Shown here: piece by piece, positions 31,260 to 39,834 of the stretch
Position numbering within the stretch: position 1 is the stretch's first letter
Layout of the letters: the number at the start of each line of letters is the position of its first letter
Assembly: GCA_044229245.1 (NCBI GenBank)
Contig: JBGATI010000001.1
Location: 130,346 to 194,345, forward strand
Direction of reading: 5' to 3'
DNA from: Gemmatimonadales bacterium
GTDB lineage: Bacteria > Gemmatimonadota > Gemmatimonadetes > Gemmatimonadales > GWC2-71-9
Length of the DNA stretch: 64,000 nucleotides
Notes under the pieces: model-generated
Told to the model about the DNA's origin: nothing
What the model saw: only the letters and a program-made list of their open reading frames with translations
Database searches by the model: none
Position numbers and translations under genes: made by a program

Positions 31260-31428
31260 GCCCTCGGAAAGGCAAGCGGCGTACCGCCTGTACCGGGCGC
31301 CCGACAATCACGCAACTCGTTGCCAGTCAGAGGCTTGCCCGTTTGCCTTCGACCCCGGGTGGGGCCCCCTCCCACGGTACAATTTGCCGCTCCGGCCGGC
31401 GCACCCGGCGGAAAGGACCTGATGGGCC

Positions 31429-31455
31429 TCAAGTTCGCGGCGGCTGCGCCGATAC
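31429..31455 (+). promoter_or_regulatory. Sigma28 (FliA)-type promoter of the flagellin gene
   Basis: TCAAGTTCGCG...N15...GCCGATAC. The -10 element ends 85 nt upstream of the fliC ATG. The extended -35 (AAGTTCGC) is shared with the flgL promoter. Confidence 0.7.
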
Positions 31456-31539
31456 ATCTCTCTGACGGTCACTACGGACCGCTCATCGAAGTACCGGAGC
31501 AGGGAAGCCCCGGACCGCAAGACCAGGAGATGTACCCGT

Positions 31540-32652
31540 ATGAAGATCCAGACCAACGTCGCCGCCAACAACGCGTACGGCAACCTCGCCAAGACCGGCA
31601 TGGCCCTCGAGAAGAGCATCGCCAAGCTGTCCAGCGGTTTCCGTATCAACCGTTCGGCCGACGACGCCGCGGGCCTCGCCATCGCGAACAAGCTGCGCAG
31701 TGACGTGCGTTCGCTCCAGGCGGCTCAGCGGAACGCCGCGCAGGGCACCGCGATGCTGCAGATCGCCGACGGCGCGATCGGCACCATCTCGGGCATGCTG
31801 GACCGGCTCAAGGAACTCGCGACCCAGGCCAACTCGGCCAGCATCGGCAGCGAGGCTCCGAAGCTTTCGGCGGAGTACCAGAAGATCACGCAGGAAATCG
31901 ACCGCATCGTGAGCACCACCAAGTATCAGGGCGCGAGCCTGGTCGATGGCACCTTCGGCGCGACGGTCAACACCTCCTCCACCGCCCTGGCGGCGGCGGG
32001 CGTGTCGAACATCAACCTGAACGGCGCAGCGGCCGGGTCGTACACCCTGGCCTCGGCAGCGACGGCGGCCACGCTTACCGCGGCCACCGGCAGCCAGATC
32101 GTCACCGGTATCTCCACCAGCGCGTCTGGCTCGGTGACGTTCAGCAACTTCGGCGTGACGGTCAACGGTGGTTCGAGCTGGGTCGGGGCGCTGAGCCTCA
32201 ACGGCACGAACGTCACTGTCGGCGCGACCACCACGGCCGATTTCATGGTCAGCTCCAGCGGCTCGTACGGCGTTGGCGGCAACGACCGCGTGTCTGTCTC
32301 GGCGGGCAACCTGAATCTGGCCGTGGCTGGCCTGGGCCTCACCACCGGCGGCACGGTCCTGGACACCCAGGCCGGCGCAGCGGCGGAGCTCACCAAGATC
32401 GACACCGCCATCTCGAAGGTGAACGCGGCCATCGGCGACGTGGGTGCGGCGCTGAACCGGTTCGACTACGCGACGGCGAACACCTCTTCGGCCATCCAGA
32501 ACTTCACGGCCGCTGAGAGCACGATTCGCGACGCCGACATGGCGGCGGAAATGACGACCTTCACCAAGAACCAGATCCTGCAGCAGGCTGGTACGGCCAT
32601 GCTCGCCCAGGCCAACCAGGCGCCGCAGACGATCCTCAAGCTGATCCAGTAA
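31540..32652 (+). CDS. fliC: Flagellin
   Basis: 370 aa. MKIQTNVAANNAYGNLAKTGMALEKSIAKLSSGFRINRSADDAAGLAIANKL at the N-terminus. C-terminus AESTIRDADMAAEMTTFTKNQILQQAGTAMLAQANQAPQTILKLIQ. The central region is rich in Ser/Thr/Gly/Asn. Confidence 0.96.
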   Translation: MKIQTNVAANNAYGNLAKTGMALEKSIAKLSSGFRINRSADDAAGLAIANKLRSDVRSLQAAQRNAAQGTAMLQIADGAIGTISGMLDRLKELATQANSASIGSEAPKLSAEYQKITQEIDRIVSTTKYQGASLVDGTFGATVNTSSTALAAAGVSNINLNGAAAGSYTLASAATAATLTAATGSQIVTGISTSASGSVTFSNFGVTVNGGSSWVGALSLNGTNVTVGATTTADFMVSSSGSYGVGGNDRVSVSAGNLNLAVAGLGLTTGGTVLDTQAGAAAELTKIDTAISKVNAAIGDVGAALNRFDYATANTSSAIQNFTAAESTIRDADMAAEMTTFTKNQILQQAGTAMLAQANQAPQTILKLIQ

Positions 32653-32767
32653 TCAGCCGCAGGACGAGGGTCGGACCGAAGGACATTGACGCACGACCCC
32701 CGGAGGCCAGCTCATCGGTCCCCGGGGGATCGTCTTCCAGCAGGACCAGCACGAGCGGGAGGTCAGC

Positions 32768-35149
32768 ATGGCGACGACATCAGGCAGCTCCGCATCGCCG
32801 GCCAGCGCGGTCACCGGCATCATCAGCGGCATCGACTACCGCTCGCTCATCGACCAGATCATCCAGGCCGAAAGCGCGCCGGCGACCCGGCTGCGCAACC
32901 AGGAAACGAAGTTCAACGACCAGCTCAAGGCCTTCGCGACCTACCGCGGACTGCTCGCCGCGGTCCAGTCGGCGGCCGCGACGCTCCAGGACGGCACCGC
33001 CTTCGACGGCGTGTCCGCCACCACCTCCGCGATCTCCGGTACCCGGGCGCTCCTGAGCGCCAGCGGCGGACGCACCGCCGCGACCGGCAGCTATCGCGTC
33101 GAGGTCTCGACGCTTGCCAAGGCGCAGAAGCTTGGCAGCACCAGCTTCGCCAGCGCGAACACCGCGCTGGCAATGACGCAGGGCAGCTTCACGTTGAACG
33201 GCGCCACGATCTCGGTGGACGCCAACGACACGCTGCTCTCCATCCGCGACAAGATCAACAACACCAACACCGGCGCCAGCGCGAGCAAGGTCTCCGCCTC
33301 GGTGCTGCAGGTCGATGCCACCCACTTCCGCCTGGTGCTGACCAGCGAGGCCACTGGGGCGGCGGGCATGACGTTCGCCAATGTGTCGGGCGGTATTCCC
33401 CAGGCGCTCGGCCTGACGAACGGCAGCAACGTGATCCAGGCCGGCGCCGTGCTGGTAGCCGGGGCCGATGCCAGCTTCAAGGTGGACGGCATCGCGATGA
33501 CGCGGACGTCCAACACGGTGACCGACGCGATCCAGGGCGTGACGCTCAACCTCTCCGCCGAGGAGACGGGGGCCGTCACGATGGTCACCATCGAGCATTC
33601 GGGGGACCAGGCGCAGAAGGCGATGCAGAGTTTCGCCGACGCCTGGAACAAGATGGTCGACTTCGTGAAGACCCAGCAGACCGCCCCCAAGAGCGGTGCG
33701 GCCGCGCCGGCGCTCTACAACGATGCCTTTGTCCGCACCGTGTCCGGCACCCTGTCGCGGACCCTGCTGCAGACCATCGGGGGCGCAGCAGCCGATCTCT
33801 CGACTGCGGGCCTCGCGGGGCTGAGCCTCGATCAGACCGGGAAGCTCACCTTCGATTCCACCAAGTTCGGTGCGGCCTTTTCCGGGCGGCTCAGCGACAT
33901 CCGGACCCTGTTCAGCCAGGTCGGCTACACCACCGACTCGCGGGTGAGCTACCTGACTTCGTCGTCGGCCACGGTCGCGGGCACCTACGCGGTCAACATC
34001 ACCCAGGCCGCAACCCAGGCGACGCTCCTCGGCACCGGCTTCAGCGGCACCTACGCCGACGACGCGACGCCGGACACGATGTCGATCACCGAGACGCAGA
34101 GCGGGGCCACCGCCACGATCTCGCTCGCGAACGGCGCGACGACCGACTCGATCGTGAGCGCGCTCAACATCGCCTTCGCCGCCGCGACCAAGCACAAGGT
34201 CGGCACCGGGACCGTGCTCTACGGCGATGTCGCCGGCACCGTCCCGATGACGGCGACCACGACCTTCGCCTCGCTGCGCGCGGCGGGGGGCGGAAGCTTC
34301 GGCGTCGTCAACGGGCAGAGTGTGTCTTACAGCGGCAAGCGCGGCGACGGCTCCACGTTCTCCAGCAGCTTCACGATCACCGACGCCAGCACGAAGACCA
34401 TCGGGGATCTCGTAGGGCAGATCCAGGCCGCCTACGGGTCGACCGGCAATGTCAGCGTCGTCAACGGCACCATCGTGGTCGAGGACAGTCAGGCCCGCAC
34501 CTCCGCGCTCGACCTGACGCTGACCGCCAACAACGAAGGGGGCGGGACACTCAGCTTCGGCGCCACCTCCGTGCTCGCGACCGGGCGCCCCGCGCTGAGC
34601 CTCACCGCCACCAACGTCGGCGGGCAGGTGCAGGTCGCGACGACGAGCTATGGCAGCGCCTCGGGCTTCACCGTGGCCTACACGCCGGGCGGCGCCGACG
34701 GCACCGCGCAGCTCGGCATGGCGACGGGGGCCGTCGCCGGCCTCGACGTGCAGGGCACCCTCGGCGGCTTCGCCGCCACGGGGAGCGGCCGGACACTGCT
34801 CGGCGCCACCGGCACCGCGGTCGACGGCCTGGCGGTGCTCTACTCGGGAACCACGACCGGGGCCGCCGGCGACACCACCATGACCCTGGGGACCGGCGCC
34901 CTGCTGCAGCGCTCGCTCGATACCTGGCTTGCGGCCACCTCCGGAACGCTTGCCACCAAGGAGACCTCGCTCACGACCCGGGCGAAATCGCTCGAGGACC
35001 GCGCGCTGCAGGTCGACGACCGCCTCTCCCGGCGGCGCGAGAGCCTGCTCAAGCAGTATGCCGCAATGGAGACCGCGCTCGCGCGCTTCCAGTCGCAGTC
35101 GAGCAGCATCACCGCGCTGTTCAACAGCACCACGAAGTCCAATGGCTGA
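32768..35149 (+). CDS. fliD: Flagellar filament cap protein FliD (long form)
   Basis: 793 aa. N-terminus ITGIISGIDYRSLIDQIIQAESAPATRLRNQETKFNDQLKAF. C-terminus RRESLLKQYAAMETALARFQSQSSSITALFN. GGGAGG Shine-Dalgarno sequence. Confidence 0.9.
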   Translation: MATTSGSSASPASAVTGIISGIDYRSLIDQIIQAESAPATRLRNQETKFNDQLKAFATYRGLLAAVQSAAATLQDGTAFDGVSATTSAISGTRALLSASGGRTAATGSYRVEVSTLAKAQKLGSTSFASANTALAMTQGSFTLNGATISVDANDTLLSIRDKINNTNTGASASKVSASVLQVDATHFRLVLTSEATGAAGMTFANVSGGIPQALGLTNGSNVIQAGAVLVAGADASFKVDGIAMTRTSNTVTDAIQGVTLNLSAEETGAVTMVTIEHSGDQAQKAMQSFADAWNKMVDFVKTQQTAPKSGAAAPALYNDAFVRTVSGTLSRTLLQTIGGAAADLSTAGLAGLSLDQTGKLTFDSTKFGAAFSGRLSDIRTLFSQVGYTTDSRVSYLTSSSATVAGTYAVNITQAATQATLLGTGFSGTYADDATPDTMSITETQSGATATISLANGATTDSIVSALNIAFAAATKHKVGTGTVLYGDVAGTVPMTATTTFASLRAAGGGSFGVVNGQSVSYSGKRGDGSTFSSSFTITDASTKTIGDLVGQIQAAYGSTGNVSVVNGTIVVEDSQARTSALDLTLTANNEGGGTLSFGATSVLATGRPALSLTATNVGGQVQVATTSYGSASGFTVAYTPGGADGTAQLGMATGAVAGLDVQGTLGGFAATGSGRTLLGATGTAVDGLAVLYSGTTTGAAGDTTMTLGTGALLQRSLDTWLAATSGTLATKETSLTTRAKSLEDRALQVDDRLSRRRESLLKQYAAMETALARFQSQSSSITALFNSTTKSNG

Positions 35150-35504
35150 GCCTTCCGTCCGGCAGGCGGGCACCGACGCGGCGCCAACGCCCATCGCACG
35201 ATTCGAGCAGCTCATCGAATCGGCGATGCAGCTCGCCCGGAGCGGGGCCGGCGAGTCGCTGGCCGAAGTGCTGCGGGAAGCGGATCGCCTGCTCGCCCGC
35301 GAACGCGAACGGCTGGATCGGGACGGGAGCGCGGAGCCCGTGCTGCGCACGATGCAGCGGCGCCTGCTCGAGGTCAGCCGGATCCTCGAGACGGAGCAGC
35401 AGCGCATCGGGCGCGACCTTGCCGCGCTGGCGCAGTCGGCCCAGGGCGACAGTCTGTACGGCGCGGTGCGGCCGGTCACCCTCGCGCTCGACCGCCGGGG
35501 CTAG
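35142..35504 (+). CDS. Hypothetical helical 120-aa protein coupled to fliD (possible FliT/FlaG-like accessory factor)
   Basis: The ATG at 35142 overlaps the fliD stop (35147-35149). The composition suggests an all-helical protein. I recognise no family. The ORF-track start at 34929 lies inside fliD. Confidence 0.5.
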   Translation: MAEPSVRQAGTDAAPTPIARFEQLIESAMQLARSGAGESLAEVLREADRLLARERERLDRDGSAEPVLRTMQRRLLEVSRILETEQQRIGRDLAALAQSAQGDSLYGAVRPVTLALDRRG

Positions 35505-35546
35505 CTCCACCGCTCCACCCGGCGGCCGGCGAACATGAAGCCGCCC

Positions 35547-35573
35547 TCAACGCGCCGCGCCACCTGCCGATAC
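35547..35573 (+). promoter_or_regulatory. Sigma28-type promoter upstream of fliS
   Basis: TCAA-N15-GCCGATAC. It lies 55 nt upstream of the fliS GTG, which has an AGGAGG Shine-Dalgarno sequence. Confidence 0.65.
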
Positions 35574-35628
35574 TCAACCTGTACGCCGGTGCTACCCTGA
35601 TCCCCGGCATCCTTTCAGGAGGTCGCCA

Positions 35629-36033
35629 GTGAGTTACGCCGCGGTCGCCCGCTACCAGCACAACGACGTCTTCTCCATGTCACCCGCCCGGCGGGTGGTG
35701 TTCCTCTACGGCCAGACACTCGCGAGTCTCCGCCAGGCGAGCCGTTATCTCGAGAAGGGGGACATCGAGCAGCGCTCCCGCTGCATGATGCGGGCGAGTG
35801 AGATCGTCGCGGAGCTGCTCTGCTCGCTCGACTTCGAGGCGGGTGGGGAGATCTCCACCAATCTGGCGAAGCTGTATACCTGGATGATGAGCGAGATCTT
35901 CGAGGTCGACCGGCTCCGGGATGCGAAGCGCCTCGACAAGCTGACCAACATCGTCGCCGAGCTGCACGCCGCCTGGAACCAGGCCGCGACGCAGGTGGCG
36001 GATGTGGCGCCCGCGGCGGCCGGGGGCGAGTGA
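35629..36033 (+). CDS. fliS: Flagellin-specific export chaperone FliS
   Basis: 134 aa. YQHNDVFSMSPARRVVFLYGQTLASLRQA...EISTNLAKLYTWMMSEI is a typical FliS four-helix bundle sequence. Confidence 0.92.
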   Translation: MSYAAVARYQHNDVFSMSPARRVVFLYGQTLASLRQASRYLEKGDIEQRSRCMMRASEIVAELLCSLDFEAGGEISTNLAKLYTWMMSEIFEVDRLRDAKRLDKLTNIVAELHAAWNQAATQVADVAPAAAGGE

Positions 36034-36437
36034 GCGACCTGCCCGACGCGCTGCACGAGCGGGCGGCTCGCGCGCTGGTCGGCAGCCGGGTCAACTATGC
36101 ACGATACCTGCAGCTGCTCGAAGCCCAGCGCGCCGCGCTCAGGGCCGACGACATCGACCTCCTCGCCCAGCTCGCGGCCGAGGGGGTCGCGCTGCTTGGA
36201 ACGCTGGAACAGAGCATCCAGCTCCCCCGGGAGCTGGTCGAGGCGCTGAGCCGGTCGGAGGGTCCGCTCCGCGACGACGTGGAGCGGCTGCTGGAGACGG
36301 TTCAGCTCGAGGTGGGCGCTGCGCACGCCGAGATTCGGCGGTTCGCCACGGCGCTGGAGGCCCGGAAGACGGTCATGCTGGCCACGCTCAACAAGCTGCA
36401 CGGTCCCGGCCAGCCCCCACCCCTGGCCACCCCGTAG
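36030..36437 (+). CDS. FlgN/FliT-like flagellar export chaperone (putative)
   Basis: 135 aa. GTGA overlap with the fliS stop. Helical. YARYLQLLEAQRAALRADDIDLLAQLAAEGVALLGTLEQ resembles the FlgN family. Its position matches fliT. Confidence 0.55.
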   Translation: MSDLPDALHERAARALVGSRVNYARYLQLLEAQRAALRADDIDLLAQLAAEGVALLGTLEQSIQLPRELVEALSRSEGPLRDDVERLLETVQLEVGAAHAEIRRFATALEARKTVMLATLNKLHGPGQPPPLATP

Positions 36438-36507
36438 CCCGGGGATGGAATACCGGTCCCGACCCGGCTGATTCTGCCCCCCTCCCCCCACCCGGTCGTT
36501 TCTACCC

Positions 36508-36534
36508 TAAAGGTTTGCCGCCCCCGGACGATAG
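36508..36534 (+). promoter_or_regulatory. Sigma28-type promoter upstream of the first FlgM-like gene
   Basis: TAAAGGTTT...N15...GACGATAG (6 of 8 matches in the -10 element). Confidence 0.5.
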
Positions 36535-36572
36535 TGACTGGGAGAAGGACTTTGACCAGTCTGGAGGGCTAT

Positions 36573-36863
36573 ATGTCAGTACAGTCGGTGCAGTTGCACG
36601 GACTCGAGCAGGTCCCCCCGGTGCGGATAGCCGGGCCCGCGGGCTCTGCCCAGTCCAGAATGGCGGAGGAGCAGCGCGGGCCGTCGCAGCCGCAGGACCA
36701 GGTGATCGTTTCCGAGCAGGCCCGGAAACTGTCGGCCGGGACCGGCAGCGGGCAGAGCACGGGGAGTGGAGCTGACGGCGAAGTCGAACTGCAGCTCGAC
36801 TTCCGCAAGCTTCGCGAGCTCGCCGCCGCCAGTTCGTCCGACGAGCAGACTCAGAGCGCCTGA
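36573..36863 (+). CDS. Small acidic/Ser-Gly-rich protein with partial FlgM-like segment
   Basis: 96 aa from ATG 36573 (GGAGGG Shine-Dalgarno sequence). QDQVIVSEQARKLSA parallels DDQVSISAEARAAGG of the adjacent FlgM. It lacks the FlgM C-terminal GxY motif. Confidence 0.45.
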   Translation: MSVQSVQLHGLEQVPPVRIAGPAGSAQSRMAEEQRGPSQPQDQVIVSEQARKLSAGTGSGQSTGSGADGEVELQLDFRKLRELAAASSSDEQTQSA

Positions 36864-36934
36864 TTCGGCAGGGGCGGCGGCGGGGCAGCGGACCGGATCC
36901 AGCGGGATACCGGCCGGCGTTCCGAAGTCCGTCC

Positions 36935-36961
36935 TCAAGTCCCAATCGGACCGGCCGAAAA
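36935..36961 (+). promoter_or_regulatory. Sigma28-type promoter upstream of flgM
   Basis: TCAA-N15-GCCGAAAA. It lies 24 nt upstream of the flgM ATG, which has a GAGGAG Shine-Dalgarno sequence. Confidence 0.6.
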
Positions 36962-36984
36962 TCAATTGAAGAACGAGGAGCCAC

Positions 36985-37326
36985 ATGTCCATTGATCCCA
37001 CGAAGTCCAGCGGCGCCAATCCCCTGAGCGGCGCACGCCTCGACCAGACCGGCGCCAATCAGTCGGCCCGGCAGTCCGGCCAGGTGAAGCCGGTCGCTCC
37101 GCAGGCGGTGCGCGATGCCTCGCCGGGTGACGACCAGGTTTCGATCTCGGCCGAGGCGCGTGCCGCCGGTGGCACCGAGGCGGGCACCAGCGCGACCGGG
37201 ATCCCGGCGGAGCGGCTGCGCGGCATTCTGAAGCGCATCTCCTCGGGCTACTACGACACCCCGCAGGTCCGCGACCGAATCGCCCAGAAGCTCCAGGCGG
37301 AGCTGGGGACGAAGCCGACGCAGTGA
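36985..37326 (+). CDS. flgM: Anti-sigma-28 factor FlgM
   Basis: 113 aa. Disordered N-terminus, DQVSISAEA, and C-terminal ERLRGILKRISSGYYDTPQVRDRIAQKL, which is a typical FlgM C-terminal helix region. Confidence 0.8.
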   Translation: MSIDPTKSSGANPLSGARLDQTGANQSARQSGQVKPVAPQAVRDASPGDDQVSISAEARAAGGTEAGTSATGIPAERLRGILKRISSGYYDTPQVRDRIAQKLQAELGTKPTQ

Positions 37327-37351
37327 CACCTGAGCTCACGGAGCGAGCCCA

Positions 37352-37729
37352 ATGAAGTGCCTGGTTGTGGATGACAGCGCCACCATGCGGCGGATCGTGG
37401 TCAATGCCCTGAAGAGCATTGGATACGACCATGTCGTGGAGGCCGGCGACGGCAGCGATGCCCTGCAGAAGTGTGATCCGTCGATCGAACTGGTGATCAC
37501 CGACTGGAACATGCCGGTGATGGGCGGGCTCGACTTCGTGAAGGGTGTCCGCGCGAACCCGCAGCATGCCAAGACGCCGATCCTGATGGTGACGACCCGC
37601 AGCGTGAAAGAGGACATCATGCAGGCGGTCGAGGCCGGCGTCTCCGGATACATCCTCAAGCCGTTCACGCCCCAGGTGCTGAAGGAGAAGATCGACCAGA
37701 TCCTCTCGCTCACCTCCGGGTCGGCCTGA
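37352..37729 (+). CDS. cheY: CheY-like single-domain response regulator
   Basis: 125 aa. Has DD (VVDDSATMRR), the phospho-Asp context VITDWNMPVMGG, Thr (MVTTRS) and Lys (YILKPF). Confidence 0.9.
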   Translation: MKCLVVDDSATMRRIVVNALKSIGYDHVVEAGDGSDALQKCDPSIELVITDWNMPVMGGLDFVKGVRANPQHAKTPILMVTTRSVKEDIMQAVEAGVSGYILKPFTPQVLKEKIDQILSLTSGSA

Positions 37730-37754
37730 GCCACGCCAGACCACGGAGGGTGTC

Positions 37755-38501
37755 ATGGATGCCGCCCAGGTCAAGGCGCTCGCGACCGAGCTGGAGACCA
37801 CGCTCGGACTGCTGGGTGACCTGATCGCCGAATTGAAGAGCCACAAGGAGGAATGGCAGAGTTCCGGCCGCGTGGCCGAACTCGTCAGCCGGCTCGCGAG
37901 CCAGCCCAATCTGGCCGAGCTGCCGGCCGTCCTGCTCCGCGCCCACGCCGAGATCAGCGAGATCCTCGGCGGCATCCGCCTGACACGGGAAGCGATCGAG
38001 GCGCACGCCGTCGAGCGGATCCGCGACACCAAGGACAAGCTCTCCGACGTCACCACGACGACCGAATCCGCGACCCTCGAGCTGATGAACGGGCTCGACC
38101 GCTCGCTCGAGCTGATCACCACCCTGGAGACGCAGGCCAAGGGGTCCGCGCCCGCGGACGGCTTCGACAGCCTCCGGGAGGAAGTCAGCACGCTGTACAA
38201 CCACCTCCAGTTCCAGGACATCACTGCCCAGCAGTTGCAGGGTGTCGGGGCGGCCCTTCTCGATCTCGAGACCCGCGTCTCGGCGGTCGCGGCCCTCTTC
38301 GATAGCGCGCTGGGCCACGGCCCACGGGCGGAGATCCTGCTCCGCGCCATGGACGCGTCGTCGGTCCATCTGCCGTTCAATCCGGACGCGACCATGAAGC
38401 GCTCGCACGCGGATCAGGCCACCATCGATGAAGCCTTCAAGGGGGCCCGGAATGGGAACGCCAGCGACACCGGATGCGCCGTTCCCGGCGCCCGGCCCTG
38501 A
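37755..38501 (+). CDS. CheZ-like phosphatase (putative)
   Basis: 248 aa, helical. Contains LQFQDITAQQLQ, which matches the CheZ catalytic D-x3-Q motif (E. coli FQDLTGQ). It lies directly downstream of cheY. Confidence 0.65.
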   Translation: MDAAQVKALATELETTLGLLGDLIAELKSHKEEWQSSGRVAELVSRLASQPNLAELPAVLLRAHAEISEILGGIRLTREAIEAHAVERIRDTKDKLSDVTTTTESATLELMNGLDRSLELITTLETQAKGSAPADGFDSLREEVSTLYNHLQFQDITAQQLQGVGAALLDLETRVSAVAALFDSALGHGPRAEILLRAMDASSVHLPFNPDATMKRSHADQATIDEAFKGARNGNASDTGCAVPGARP

Positions 38502-39834
38502 GCCCCCGCCCGAGGCGGAAGCCCACGCCCTGCTGGACGGCATTCAGCGGGACAAGCTTTCGCTCATCGGGCACATGGCCTCAAGCATCGCCCACGAGCT
38601 GAGTAATCCGCTCGCGACCATCGTCGCGAGTACCCAGGCCATTCTGTCCTTCTGGCCGCGCCCCGGCATGCCCGGGGCCCCCAGCGGCACGAGCCGCGAT
38701 CCGTGGAGCCCGCCGCCGGAATTTTCGGCCCAGGGCGTGCCGCTCCGCCAGCTGCGCGAGGACCTGGAGCTCGTCCTCGAGGAGGCCCGCCGGGCCGGCG
38801 ACATCGTCCACGGCCTGCTCGCCAGCGCCCGTTGTCATCCGCCCGAGTGGCGCATCTGCTCCGCGGCGGACGTGGTCCGGCGCACCGTCGCGCTCTGCCG
38901 CCACCACCTGAAGCTGCACAACATCTCGCTGCAGGCGCCGTTCTTCGACCCGCACGAGGGCTTTCCCCTCTGGAGCCGGGTGCGGGGCGATGCCAATCAG
39001 CTGCAGCAGGTGTTGCTCAACCTGATCATCAACGCCCAGCAGGCGATCACCGCCCATCGCGGCTACGGCACCGTGCGGGTGACCCTGACCGCTGACGGCA
39101 CCGACCGGGTCGTGCTGACGGTGGAGGATGACGGGCCGGGCGTCCCCGAAGGCCTCCGCGACGCGATCTTCCGCCCCTTCTACACCACCAAGCCCGCGGG
39201 CCAGGGCACCGGCCTCGGCCTCTCGATCTCGGCTGGCATCATCCGCGCGCATGGAGGCGACATCCAGGTGGGCACGCATCCGACCGGCGGCGCCGTCTTC
39301 CGGGTGATCCTGCCGTCACTCGCGGCCAGCGATCGCCTGACACAGACCGCGCCCAGTCCGGAAGACACGGCAGGCACCGCGACCGCGGTCCAGCCGATCC
39401 TCACCCTCCCGGGCGAGGCCGACCGGGAATCGACGCAGCTGCGCCGGGTCCTGCTGGTGGACGATGAGGTCGGCATCCGGCGCAGCGTGGGGCGGTTCCT
39501 GCGGCGCTACGGCTACCAGGTCACCGACGTCCCGAGCGGGCAGGCGGCGCTCAATGCCCTGAGCAGCGGCCGGTATGACGTCGTCGTCTCCGACCTGCGC
39601 ATGCCGGGGCTCTCCGGCGAGGAGTTCTTCCAGCTGGTCCGTCGCGATTTCCCGGAGATGACGACGCGGGTGGTCTTCACCAGCGGCGACATCCTGCGGG
39701 AGGAAACCCAGGACTTCCTCGCCCGGAGCGGCTGCCCTTCCCTGCAGAAGCCCTACGAGCTCTCCGAACTCGTGCGGGTGCTGGCCGACCTCTGTCCTCC
39801 GCTGCCGGCGACCGATCGCCGCGCGACGGCCTGA
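38428..39834 (+). CDS. Cytoplasmic hybrid histidine kinase (DHp-CA-REC) without a recognisable sensor domain
   Basis: H-box MASSIAHELSNPLATI, N-box LLNLIINAQQA, G1 VEDDGPGVPE, G2 GTGLGLSIS, and REC VLLVDDE...VVVSDLRMPGLSG. Alternative start at 38452. The ORF overlaps the end of the cheZ-like gene. Confidence 0.88.
   Translation: MKPSRGPGMGTPATPDAPFPAPGPEPPPEAEAHALLDGIQRDKLSLIGHMASSIAHELSNPLATIVASTQAILSFWPRPGMPGAPSGTSRDPWSPPPEFSAQGVPLRQLREDLELVLEEARRAGDIVHGLLASARCHPPEWRICSAADVVRRTVALCRHHLKLHNISLQAPFFDPHEGFPLWSRVRGDANQLQQVLLNLIINAQQAITAHRGYGTVRVTLTADGTDRVVLTVEDDGPGVPEGLRDAIFRPFYTTKPAGQGTGLGLSISAGIIRAHGGDIQVGTHPTGGAVFRVILPSLAASDRLTQTAPSPEDTAGTATAVQPILTLPGEADRESTQLRRVLLVDDEVGIRRSVGRFLRRYGYQVTDVPSGQAALNALSSGRYDVVVSDLRMPGLSGEEFFQLVRRDFPEMTTRVVFTSGDILREETQDFLARSGCPSLQKPYELSELVRVLADLCPPLPATDRRATA

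Noticed and set aside
31311-31325. Sigma54-like element TGGCAACGAGTTGCG on the minus strand upstream of the TPR-GT operon
   Set aside because: The GG-to-GC spacing is 9 nt rather than the required 10, so I do not call it a promoter. It is worth re-checking only if transcription start site data place a start near 31299.
32697-32728. Possible hairpin (CCCCCGG...CCGGGGG) between fliC and fliD as a terminator or attenuator
   Set aside because: It has only a 7-bp stem with an 18-nt loop and no U-tract. That is too weak to call. fliD also lacks its own promoter, which suggests read-through.
32780-35479. 899-aa minus-strand ORF opposite fliD, plus the other 100-950-aa ORFs overlapping fliD on the plus (32686..35538) or minus strand
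   Set aside because: It is antisense to a gene with canonical FliD termini. The product is Arg/Gly-rich without motifs.
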